From positions 124,001 to 188,000 of IMG/VR virus record IMGVR_UViG_3300025536_000010: a stretch of 64,000 bases of DNA; one strand, given 5' to 3'. Positions within the stretch are counted from its first letter, which is position 1. The number at the start of each line of letters is the position of its first letter. The position numbers and the translations under genes were made by a program. The notes below the pieces were generated by a model that ran no database searches, was not told the DNA's origin, and saw nothing but the letters and a program-made list of their open reading frames with translations. Shown here one piece after another: positions 56,171 to 64,000 of this stretch.

Positions 56171-56241
56171 GATTTATAATAAGTAGGCTAGCTACTTAGC
56201 CTAAGATGTGCCCCAGGTATTAGGCTAACTGTTAGCCTAAT
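56171..56241 (+). promoter_or_regulatory. AT-rich -10 box followed by two palindromic operator-like sites
   Basis: TATAAT 56175-56180; TAGGCTA-N6-TAGCCTA 56184-56203; ATTAGGCTAAC-T-GTTAGCCTAAT 56219-56241. Confidence 0.65.
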
Positions 56242-56251
56242 GGAGGTTTAC

Positions 56252-56737
56252 ATGGCTGTAACGTCGGCTTTTTTGCGAAAACAGGTGCGGGCGGCCAAAA
56301 ACGCTGCCATGATGGCCGCCCGCGCCAGGCGTCGTACGGAAGCATGGGGTTGTAAGATCCGCTGGCCCCCGTACGAGACGGAGTTCGAGATCCAGGCTCA
56401 TCTATACGCTGAACTTCGCGCCCTCGGCTTCCGTGTACGCGGCAACATCATGTCGGCCGACAACAACTTCCTCGACCTCGTCGTGTTCGACGACGCGAAT
56501 AACGTCATTGCCCTGATCGAGGTCAAGAAAGAGATTCACAAGCACGACTGGGATGACCCCATATTCATGAAGGCGTTGCGCGCACAGGTGCAGCGTTATT
56601 GTGACCTCGGCGGCCCGGTTCACCTGATTGTCGGCATGAAGAAGGCCGAGGCGTTCTTGGCCAAGATTCGCCGTAACGGCGGCAAGCTGCCCACGAAAGC
56701 GTGGGGGGCGGCGTGTTTGCGTCAGGAGACGCCATGA
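56252..56737 (+). CDS. PD-(D/E)XK-like nuclease
   Basis: TEFEIQAHLY...FLDLVVF...LIEVKK; GGAGG SD. Confidence 0.65.
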   Translation: MAVTSAFLRKQVRAAKNAAMMAARARRRTEAWGCKIRWPPYETEFEIQAHLYAELRALGFRVRGNIMSADNNFLDLVVFDDANNVIALIEVKKEIHKHDWDDPIFMKALRAQVQRYCDLGGPVHLIVGMKKAEAFLAKIRRNGGKLPTKAWGAACLRQETP

Positions 56738-57663
56738 GCTTACACGAGCACGATTTGATCTACCGCATCACCGAAGTACGCGGTGCCGAGCGGTATAACG
56801 CTCAGCGGCGGGCCGTATTGACCGGAGCGTTCCGCAGTACGGGTTGGACGCGGGAGGGCAACAAGAGCATCATCGCGTCCATGAACTCGCTGCGCCGTCT
56901 CTGGCAGAAGCGGCTGGCCGATCTCAAAGCCGCCGCTTGGGGTCCGCTGGCCAAGGAGAGCCACCACTGTTTCATGCGGAACTGTCCGCCTTTCGGCGTG
57001 CTCACGCACAAGATCACCAGCAAGCCCTGCAAGCGCACCCGCGTCTGCCCGTTCTGCTACGCCCGGCAGACGGTCCTGGAGATGTTCCTGTTCTTCGAGC
57101 GGGAACTGTACGGCGGCACCGACCCAGCGTCGCGGGTCGCCCGTCTGGAAGGTCGGCAGCTGGTGGAGGTTCACGTTGACCGCGCCTGCGACCTGCGGCC
57201 ATTTCCCGGCGAGGCGCGCGGACCCAAGATTCTCGACTACGGTCGGCGCCTGCGGGTCCGCGTCTTGAACGAGCATCGCCAGGACGAGCTGCGCCTGTGC
57301 GGGGCCAAGACCGGAGCGGTGCTCTACCGCCTGGAGCCGTTCACGAGTAAGCTACGGTTGGTCCGCAGCGGTATCCTGCTCACTTCGCAGGCGGTGCCGG
57401 ATTATTTCGGCACCAAGTACGGCCCCAACGACAAGATCATCAAGTACGACCGCGTCGACAAGCACCTGCTCGCTGAGGTCGTCGGCCGCGTCTGCCGCTA
57501 TCCGCGGCAGATGCTGATCGCCCCGGCCGAGGACGTCGTGGCGCTGTTGCGCGGCTTGCAGAACGCGCGCCTCCTGTCGTTCTACGGAGGCACGCCGAAA
57601 CCCCAAAAGCCAGTTTTGGAGGAAGCAGACGATGGCGAAGAAGAAGGCACGGAAGAAGTCTGA
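56734..57663 (+). CDS. basic Zn-ribbon protein (Rep/IS91-like N-terminal motif)
   Basis: CFMRNCPP...CKRTRVCPFCYAR; ATGA coupling. Confidence 0.55.
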   Translation: MSLHEHDLIYRITEVRGAERYNAQRRAVLTGAFRSTGWTREGNKSIIASMNSLRRLWQKRLADLKAAAWGPLAKESHHCFMRNCPPFGVLTHKITSKPCKRTRVCPFCYARQTVLEMFLFFERELYGGTDPASRVARLEGRQLVEVHVDRACDLRPFPGEARGPKILDYGRRLRVRVLNEHRQDELRLCGAKTGAVLYRLEPFTSKLRLVRSGILLTSQAVPDYFGTKYGPNDKIIKYDRVDKHLLAEVVGRVCRYPRQMLIAPAEDVVALLRGLQNARLLSFYGGTPKPQKPVLEEADDGEEEGTEEV

Positions 57664-57967
57664 GGCATTCGTGCCTGAGAAGGTTGAGCCCGAAGGCGGT
57701 GTGAAAGAGGCCCTTGATCTGGTCGACACCATCGACCGGATCATCGACGAGGACATCGACGGAGAAACCTATTCCAAAGGTGAGGATTTCTTCGGCGGCG
57801 TCTCCTCGCGCGCCGAAGACATCGGGGCCACCATCGAACGGACCAACAAGGTAAGTCCGGCACAGAAGCAAGCTCTCGACAACATGCTGGCCGGCGTCCG
57901 CAAATGGCTGCACACCGACCGGGACGACAGTCCCTCACGGACGCGGAGCCAGCGCAGGAGAAGGTGA
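57632..57967 (+). CDS. hypothetical protein
   Basis: GGAGG SD. Confidence 0.65.
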   Translation: MAKKKARKKSEAFVPEKVEPEGGVKEALDLVDTIDRIIDEDIDGETYSKGEDFFGGVSSRAEDIGATIERTNKVSPAQKQALDNMLAGVRKWLHTDRDDSPSRTRSQRRRR

Positions 57968-57971
57968 ATTT

Positions 57972-58469
57972 ATGGCCGAAGAGATCACGAGCCCGCCGTT
58001 CCCGAACATGGTGTCGGGCGGTGGCTTGTACGACAAGCTGCGGGAACTCCGCGAGTGGGTCGAGGGCTACCGCGAAGCCCTTAATGACGAAGCCGGCCAG
58101 GCCGTCATTCCCGCCGTGGCTGAGTTCCCCGAGAAGAAGATGTACGTCCAGTACCAGCCGGTGCCGGTCCAGTTTTACCACTGGAGCCATCTGCGCCAGA
58201 TCCGGCGGGAGTGGGACATCTTGCTCCAGAACTACGAGGACGCCTGGAACTGCAAACCGTGCATCCGCCAGCGTGTCATGCTGGTCCAGCAGGCCGCCCT
58301 GCTGCTTAACGGCGCGTTCATGGACCCGGAGACGCGCGAGGCCAAACAGCAGGCAGAGCAGGAGCGCATGCAGCGCTCTTTCGAGCGGTTGATGGCCCAC
58401 TATAAAAACATCATGGACCCCGATGACGAAGAAGAGACGCAAGACCGAAAGAAGAAGCGGCGAGGCTGA
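57972..58469 (+). CDS. hypothetical protein
   Basis: 165 aa, typical codon usage. Confidence 0.65.
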   Translation: MAEEITSPPFPNMVSGGGLYDKLRELREWVEGYREALNDEAGQAVIPAVAEFPEKKMYVQYQPVPVQFYHWSHLRQIRREWDILLQNYEDAWNCKPCIRQRVMLVQQAALLLNGAFMDPETREAKQQAEQERMQRSFERLMAHYKNIMDPDDEEETQDRKKKRRG

Positions 58470-59028
58470 GGACTACTTCGGCTTCCTGGAGGAAGAGTCG
58501 GCGCCGCTGCCGCACCAGCGGCGCAAGTACCTGCGGATGCACGAGTGGCCCGAGGAGGCGCCGATCCTCACCGCCGACGACATCTGCTACAACTTCACGA
58601 CCGACTCCGGTCGCCGCGACCTCATGGAGTGGTTGGAGGCGGCGTTCGCCCCACGTCACGACCGAGACGGTGTGACGCTGGTCGGCTACTGGCGCAGCAA
58701 GCCTTTCCGCCGGGCGACCAAGATGGTTCAGCGTGTCCTTGCTGAGTACACGGGCCGCGAGCGTTGTGACCTGTGGTTCTTCTGCGAAAAAAGCTACCGC
58801 GACCAACTGCCTGGTTACAGGTGGATCGCTGCGGTCTGGAACGAAGCCATGAGCCGCCTTGGGTACGACATACCCGAGAAGCAGCGGCGTGTCTCCGAAG
58901 AAGGCAGAATGTGGGGAGTTAAATGTGTTGATCCTCGTAAAGAGCGCAAGCCCAGACAGGGGCCTCGTTGCCTGGATGATCGCCCAGTCCGTCGCAAGCA
59001 GCCGGTTCACCGCCACGGTAAGCATTGA
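58423..59028 (+). CDS. hypothetical protein
   Basis: AAVWNEAMSRLGY motif; start uncertain. Confidence 0.55.
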   Translation: MTKKRRKTERRSGEAEDYFGFLEEESAPLPHQRRKYLRMHEWPEEAPILTADDICYNFTTDSGRRDLMEWLEAAFAPRHDRDGVTLVGYWRSKPFRRATKMVQRVLAEYTGRERCDLWFFCEKSYRDQLPGYRWIAAVWNEAMSRLGYDIPEKQRRVSEEGRMWGVKCVDPRKERKPRQGPRCLDDRPVRRKQPVHRHGKH

Positions 59029-59512
59029 CGCCAAGGACATACCGTTGCGCTATCGCCACCGGGCGGCCATCAAGATCGAATACGTCCGCCTGCGTCGCCG
59101 TAAGGATTACTGCGGGCAGCACCCTGGTCCCTGCCTGGCCCTGTTCCGCCGGCACCGTAAGAGTAGTTGTCTCGAAGGCACGGACTGGGTCGCGTTCAAC
59201 GACCTGCTCAATGACGTCCTCGACGCCCTGGGCGTCGACGCCGACGTTTTCTCGTTCAACCGCGAGTCCATGTGCTCGCGCTACTACATTCGTCGCGGCA
59301 CGCGGCGGTTGACGAACTACCTGTCGGACTCTGTGATTCGTTCTGGGAGGCCGATCTATTTTTGGCGAGAGAACTACCTCGCCGACTTCGAGGACTGGTG
59401 CGATAAAGAGGCCCCGGCCTCGACGTACCCCGACGACACGCCCGGCTATTACGCCAAGACGTTGGCAGAAGAGGAGGCTTGCCGTGCCCAGGAAGAGACA
59501 GCGTACGCATAA
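58976..59512 (+). CDS. hypothetical protein
   Basis: VRLRRRKDYCGQHPGPC...LEGTDWVAFNDLLNDVLD; start uncertain. Confidence 0.55.
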   Translation: MIAQSVASSRFTATVSIDAKDIPLRYRHRAAIKIEYVRLRRRKDYCGQHPGPCLALFRRHRKSSCLEGTDWVAFNDLLNDVLDALGVDADVFSFNRESMCSRYYIRRGTRRLTNYLSDSVIRSGRPIYFWRENYLADFEDWCDKEAPASTYPDDTPGYYAKTLAEEEACRAQEETAYA

Positions 59513-60044
59513 CGAGTGGTTCTTCCCTGTGGAGCGCGGCGGACGCAAGTCCTGCACGCACTGCAAGGCGAAACTGGAGCCGGGTGAGTGGATCTGGTCG
59601 TGGTGCGAATACCGCAACGCCAAGAGACATAGCATCCGCGACGTCTGCAAAGCGTGCTGGCCAGCACTCCGCGAGGATCTGCTGCGGCACGAACGGCAAT
59701 GCCCGGAGAACTGTACAATCAACCTGGAGATCCGTGGGGCTCCCAAGCCTGCGTGGATGACACTGCGGGAGGTGTGCGATGCCGCCGTTGAAGATATTCC
59801 CGGAGGATCTGGACAAATCCAGTGTGCGGGAAAGCCGTGTGTGGGTGAAAGAGAACCGGCGCGACGGTTGCCGGTGCCCAGCATGCCGGCAAGTGGTAGC
59901 AGAACGGAAGCGGCATTTGCACCACTCGATGGCCCGAGCGCTGCTGCTGATCTTCTGGTACTTTCAACGGAACCCCGGCAAGAACTGGTTGCATGTGGAG
60001 AGTTACCTCAAGCATCTGCCGGTCAGTCGGGCGCTTCGTGGTGA
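59484..60044 (+). CDS. Zn-finger hypothetical protein
   Basis: GAGGAGG SD; CTHC...CKAC; 3' part overlaps the next gene. Confidence 0.5.
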   Translation: MPRKRQRTHNEWFFPVERGGRKSCTHCKAKLEPGEWIWSWCEYRNAKRHSIRDVCKACWPALREDLLRHERQCPENCTINLEIRGAPKPAWMTLREVCDAAVEDIPGGSGQIQCAGKPCVGEREPARRLPVPSMPASGSRTEAAFAPLDGPSAAADLLVLSTEPRQELVACGELPQASAGQSGASW

Positions 60045-60315
60045 CTTTGCCAAGCTGCGGTTCTGGGGGTTGATCGAGAAGCGCCCAGGCGCGAAGGACG
60101 ACGGCAACCCCAGCAGCGGTTACTACGCGATCACCGCGAAAGGGAAGAAGTTCGTCCGTAACGAGATCTCGGTGCCGCCGTACTTCTGGATGTTCAACGG
60201 GAAGTGCCGCGGGTTCGCTCAGGACGAGGAAGAGGTGTACATTAAAGACGTGCTCCAGAAGAAGTTTTTCAACTACGACAAGTTGATGAACAACGAGGGA
60301 CTCGATACCGGCTGA
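59779..60315 (+). CDS. Zn-ribbon plus winged-helix-like protein
   Basis: GGAGG SD; CPACRQ; AKLRFWGLIE...YAITAKG. Confidence 0.65.
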   Translation: MPPLKIFPEDLDKSSVRESRVWVKENRRDGCRCPACRQVVAERKRHLHHSMARALLLIFWYFQRNPGKNWLHVESYLKHLPVSRALRGDFAKLRFWGLIEKRPGAKDDGNPSSGYYAITAKGKKFVRNEISVPPYFWMFNGKCRGFAQDEEEVYIKDVLQKKFFNYDKLMNNEGLDTG

Positions 60316-60323
60316 GGTGAAGC

Positions 60324-60794
60324 ATGCTGACCAAAACAGAAGTAGAGGCCCTGGCCAGGAAGTGGCGCCCGTCCTTGCCCAGGGACTGGCGCACCGAATA
60401 CTGGGAGAACCTCGGCTGGCACTTCCGGTTCGTCAACGGCCGCGTCTGCATCAGTTACCATCAGTACCAGGGTGACCAGGGTTTCCACGCGATGATCTCC
60501 GACATCGGTGGCCCTGTCGGCAGCAGCAGCGGCGACTGGCACGACTCGACGTCCTATGCTACGCCGCGCGAGGCTGCCCTGGCAGCAGCCAAGAACGTCG
60601 CGGCCTATATCAAGAAGCGGACGGAGGAATTCGGTATCCTCCGCAAAGAAATCACGGACGCTCTGGAGTCGATTCGCAGCAACCGGCCCGACCAGCCGCT
60701 GCTGTTCCCGGACGATCCTGAGCCCAATACTGACGGCCCCTATGGACCAGAACACGATGAACCACGGCGTCGTAAGCCACGCGGACGTCGCTAA
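60324..60794 (+). CDS. hypothetical protein
   Basis: GAGG SD; WENLGWH. Confidence 0.65.
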   Translation: MLTKTEVEALARKWRPSLPRDWRTEYWENLGWHFRFVNGRVCISYHQYQGDQGFHAMISDIGGPVGSSSGDWHDSTSYATPREAALAAAKNVAAYIKKRTEEFGILRKEITDALESIRSNRPDQPLLFPDDPEPNTDGPYGPEHDEPRRRKPRGRR

Positions 60795-61335
60795 GTTCGG
60801 TGGGCGCTTCGATGCCCGTTACTTGCTCATGTGCAAGGAACACGAAGCGCTCTACGACGAACTGGTGGCGCAGTTGACCAAGGAAGAGTTGTGCGACCTG
60901 GCCCAGCGCTTGCCCTACAACCAGCAGATCGCCGACGTGCTGCGGCCACGGGGCGTAGTTGCGAACCACCAGAGTTCGTTCATGCGCTGGCTCCTCGGTG
61001 AGCCCGCTGAGAGCGGGTCTTACATGTCGGCGACTTGGCGCCCGCCCAGGCCGCCACTACCGGGGCAGCCGAAGCGCGTGCTGGCCGTCTACTGTGCTGC
61101 GGCGGCGCAGTATACGGCTAGCATCATGCTGGAACGTGTCCTGGCACTGTCCCAGCAGAAGAAGTTGATCCTGGACGACTTGCTGGCCCTGATGAATTTC
61201 GGGGCGGGTAAGGATCTGGTAAGGCTGCGCGAAGCCATGAAGCGTGGCGGGAAAGAGAAACTCGAAGAGGTGAAGCCTGGCGGATCTGCACTGAATCAGC
61301 CAGGAGACGGCGCTGCCGGAGAAACGTCAACATGA
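60742..61335 (+). CDS. hypothetical protein
   Basis: ATGA coupling to next gene; start uncertain. Confidence 0.55.
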   Translation: MDQNTMNHGVVSHADVAKFGGRFDARYLLMCKEHEALYDELVAQLTKEELCDLAQRLPYNQQIADVLRPRGVVANHQSSFMRWLLGEPAESGSYMSATWRPPRPPLPGQPKRVLAVYCAAAAQYTASIMLERVLALSQQKKLILDDLLALMNFGAGKDLVRLREAMKRGGKEKLEEVKPGGSALNQPGDGAAGETST

Positions 61336-61988
61336 GCAGGCGCGCTGGTCCAGTGCGTACGACTGACTACGCAGAGGTCCATTCATTCGATGAGGCCGTC
61401 GTTTTCTTGAATGGTAAGCAGCGACGGCAGATTAGCGTCTCGACGCGGCAGGGCTACGAGATTTACGTCATCGTGACGGGCCGCGACGAGGACGGTGCCG
61501 TTTGGGAGGCCGGTATCGAAGCTGCCGGCGCGATTATCCTGCGCTACCGAGCAGACGGAAGCTACAAGGCCAGTATGCGGAACAAAGACAAACGGCGTTT
61601 CGCTACGGCTTACACGCGGGACCGTCTGAATCAGTTTGCGCCGCACGGGGTACGTTACCACCTGCTGCGCAATGGTACGTTGCTGCACACGCTCATCGGC
61701 AGCGGTTCGTGCGAGGATTGTGAAGACAAATGGTATAACCTACTAGGATACCAGGAGGACGCCATGCCAAGAAGTAACCGGCCTGTCAACGGAGTGCCGA
61801 TTGTGCAGCCGGTGCCTGATGCGCTGAGGCACGCTGAGGCGCATGCCGCGGCACCGGCATCGGTGCCGGATTACGAACATCGCTACAGTAACGGCGTCGT
61901 AGTCGTTAAGTTGCACGGCTGCGCCGTGACCGTTAGCGGTGTGCTACCGGACCACGGCGTTAGCGTTACGAGAGAGGTTGGGCGCTAA
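61332..61988 (+). CDS. hypothetical protein (paralog of 62416-63096)
   Basis: DGSY...TRDRLNQFAP. Confidence 0.6.
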   Translation: MSRRAGPVRTTDYAEVHSFDEAVVFLNGKQRRQISVSTRQGYEIYVIVTGRDEDGAVWEAGIEAAGAIILRYRADGSYKASMRNKDKRRFATAYTRDRLNQFAPHGVRYHLLRNGTLLHTLIGSGSCEDCEDKWYNLLGYQEDAMPRSNRPVNGVPIVQPVPDALRHAEAHAAAPASVPDYEHRYSNGVVVVKLHGCAVTVSGVLPDHGVSVTREVGR

Positions 61989-61990
61989 TC

Positions 61991-62407
61991 ATGTGGAGTC
62001 TGGAAAGTCTACGCCGGATCAACCAACAGGCGGCGAACAAAGCGCACCGCCTCAAGAAGAAGCCTCGTAGCTTCACGGTCGAGCAGCTGCGGCACGCCAT
62101 CGCCAATCGGGGTGAGGGTGTTGCCGTGCCCAGCCTCGGCAGTTTTACCCCGGACGGCTGGGTGGACACATTGGAGGCGAAGCGGGCCTGGCGGATGGTC
62201 GACAAGAGTTGGCAGGAGAAGCGTGATGGCCCCGCCATGACCATCCGCGAGATGCTGGAGTGGATGCTGGATCTCACACGCCAGAACCCCAAACACGCCT
62301 TCGCCGTGGTCGACGAGGGGCCGTTCCAGCTGCATGTCAGCGCCTTCTTGCCCGAGGAGAAACTACAGGGCCACCAGGTCCACGAGGATGACGGCAACCC
62401 TGATTAG
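61991..62407 (+). CDS. hypothetical protein
   Basis: MWSLE...VDKSW...GPAMT...GPFQLHV. Confidence 0.65.
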   Translation: MWSLESLRRINQQAANKAHRLKKKPRSFTVEQLRHAIANRGEGVAVPSLGSFTPDGWVDTLEAKRAWRMVDKSWQEKRDGPAMTIREMLEWMLDLTRQNPKHAFAVVDEGPFQLHVSAFLPEEKLQGHQVHEDDGNPD

Positions 62408-62415
62408 GAGCCGCC

Positions 62416-63096
62416 TTGGCCGCTAACCATCCGTACGCCGGCATCTCTGCATGCCACTTTATCAACTCGAAGGCGGACATCCACAGCTACGAGGATTGCG
62501 TCAGATTTTTGGGCGATGAATGCACCAAGAAGCTCGCCTCCAACATGCTCGTCTGTAGCGGGCCGCGGCACCTCTGTAACCCGCTGTGGTGTCACGTCCG
62601 TCTGTACGAGACGAACATCATCACTTACTGGCGGGACGGTTCGTTCATCGTCGACCACGGTGGCCACATCACGGCTACCACGGTGACGCGCCTCAACCAG
62701 TTCGGGCCGCATCTGGTGCATTTCTATCGCCACCGCAACAGGCTCTGGGTGAGCGGCGTGGAGTGCGGTCACGCGCGACAGGCTTTGCGCGTCGAACGGC
62801 GTGAAGACGGCTCGCAATTTGTTGCTCGCGCGGAGCCGGTGGAGCGCCCCGGCATCTTCGTTGGGGCGCCGCCAATACCTGTGGCGGACTTGACGCCCGT
62901 GGTGGTTGGCACTCCAATGCGCGTGAAGTTTACGGCAGAGGGTGGCTTCGTGGCCACCTACAGTGAAGGACCGGACGACGGGCGCGATTTGGACGCCTGT
63001 GTCCAGCAAGCCCTGGGTCGCCTGTTGGGCGGCAACGGGGACGGCTCAAGTTTGACAGGAGAACTACACAATGGCGAAGATCATCACCAACGGTAA
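62416..63096 (+). CDS. hypothetical protein
   Basis: AGGAG SD, TTG start; LYETNII...TTVTRLNQFGP. Confidence 0.65.
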   Translation: MAANHPYAGISACHFINSKADIHSYEDCVRFLGDECTKKLASNMLVCSGPRHLCNPLWCHVRLYETNIITYWRDGSFIVDHGGHITATTVTRLNQFGPHLVHFYRHRNRLWVSGVECGHARQALRVERREDGSQFVARAEPVERPGIFVGAPPIPVADLTPVVVGTPMRVKFTAEGGFVATYSEGPDDGRDLDACVQQALGRLLGGNGDGSSLTGELHNGEDHHQR

Positions 63097-63421
63097 GCAG
63101 CAGCTGGAAGCGGAGAAGGCCCTCAAGACGGAGGTGAGGGAACTCACCGGGGCGATCAAGGGCAAGAATACCGCGATCAAAGCGCTGGAGAAGGAGCTTA
63201 TCCTGAACAAGAAGGCGGTTGGCAAAACCATCGCCGAGAAGGAGAAGCTGTCCGTTATTTTGCTGGGTAAGATGTCGGCTGTCCAGAACCACCATCAGGA
63301 CATCGAAGACACCATCGACCAGTGGGCCGACGACAAGCTCAAGCCGGCGCAGGCGCTGCGGAAGATCCGCGGCATCAGTGCCAAGCTGGGCAGGTTGTGC
63401 AAGTCCGTCGTCCCCGGTTAG
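63071..63421 (+). CDS. coiled-coil hypothetical protein
   Basis: AGGAG SD; Lys-rich heptads. Confidence 0.65.
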   Translation: MAKIITNGKQQLEAEKALKTEVRELTGAIKGKNTAIKALEKELILNKKAVGKTIAEKEKLSVILLGKMSAVQNHHQDIEDTIDQWADDKLKPAQALRKIRGISAKLGRLCKSVVPG

Positions 63422-63477
63422 GACTGGCGTCTTGATCGCCCTTCGGTAACAATGCGTGCGACGCATGGAGGTGTCGC

Positions 63478-63669
63478 ATGTTACCTGAACCATCCAAGCC
63501 TGGAGTCCAGCTGTGCATGAAGTGCGGCTGGAAGTTCATCAGTCCTGACCCGGAGCGTATCCGTCGCTGTCAGGACTGCAAGAAACACGAAGAACTGTAC
63601 GAACCGCCCTCGGGGAGGCTAGTCCTCACCGAGGGCATCGTACACATCCTCTGGGAGTTCCAGCAGTGA
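63478..63669 (+). CDS. small Zn-ribbon protein
   Basis: GGAGG SD; CMKC..F.S...RRCQDC. Confidence 0.65.
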   Translation: MLPEPSKPGVQLCMKCGWKFISPDPERIRRCQDCKKHEELYEPPSGRLVLTEGIVHILWEFQQ

Positions 63670-64000
63670 GCGTCGTACGCAAGATCATCGTCCTGGGTGA
63701 CGTTATTCTCGACCGTACGGTTTTCTGCCGTATCAAGGGCCTCTCGCCTGAAAACCAAAATATCTTCGACGTCGAAGAGAAGCACGGCGACAACGCCCTG
63801 GGTGGGGCTGGCAACGTCGCTGCCAACTGCTTCGGGCTGTTCGGGCAGAAAGACGGTCAGTCGGTGCTACCGCTGTTCCTGGTCGCGGCCGACGATGCTG
63901 GCAGGGAGATTACCTGCCTGTTGAACTGTCTGCATGTGGAGTACGGCCTGGACCGTTACTACGGCGGCGTGACAGCGGAGAAGATTCGCTACGTCACCAG
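63666..64000 (+). CDS. HldE/RfaE-like sugar (heptose-7-phosphate) kinase, PfkB family, 5' part only
   Basis: My translation from GTG 63666 (GTGA overlap): IIVLGDVILDRTVFCRIKGLSPEN...LGGAGNVAANC...DDAGREI...TAEKIRY; open to window end; not in ORF track. Confidence 0.8.
   Translation, partial: MSVVRKIIVLGDVILDRTVFCRIKGLSPENQNIFDVEEKHGDNALGGAGNVAANCFGLFGQKDGQSVLPLFLVAADDAGREITCLLNCLHVEYGLDRYYGGVTAEKIRYVT

Noticed and set aside
56124-56180. TTGACC and TATAAT as a sigma70 -35/-10 pair
   Set aside because: They are about 45 nt apart, far from the 16-18 nt spacing.
1-64000. CRISPR array, rRNA or canonical tRNA
   Set aside because: No regularly spaced direct repeats or full cloverleaf seen by eye. 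The GTTCG hairpin near 27520 lacks the other tRNA arms.
1-64000. Stop-codon reassignment (alternative genetic code)
   Set aside because: TAA, TAG and TGA all end well-supported genes, and conserved proteins are intact under code 11.

Overview
This GC-rich window is densely coding, almost entirely on the + strand, and reads as a 64-kb slice of a large contractile-tailed (myovirus-like) phage genome. Several gene families suggest a Planctomycetota host, though this is inference. From ~0.6 to 26.4 kb lies a baseplate/tail module: gp25-like wedge, baseplate J-like, five tandem paralogous Cys-rich proteins, a 1098-aa Cys-repeat/collagen fibre, then GT2-methyltransferase and GT9-GT2 glycosyltransferases. 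A terminator-bounded cassette interrupts it, encoding a matrix metalloprotease with a cysteine switch, two exported CxxCH proteins and a third exported protein. From ~26.5 to 64 kb are many small hypothetical genes plus a DUF1257/DUF2997/AAA/DUF3150-like module, methyltransferase, ParB-like protein, Nudix, Zn-finger primase-like protein, a large terminase with a mini-intein in its Walker A motif, RNase H, GNAT, dCTP deaminase, a stand-alone RNAP alpha-CTD and a PD-(D/E)XK nuclease. An HldE/RfaE-like heptose kinase, missing from the ORF track, runs off the right edge. The best candidate new systems are (1) phage-encoded virion glycosylation, possibly heptosylation, and (2) the exported haem-c/MMP cassette. 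No CRISPR array, rRNA or convincing tRNA was seen. All family assignments come from motif recognition by eye, not database searches.
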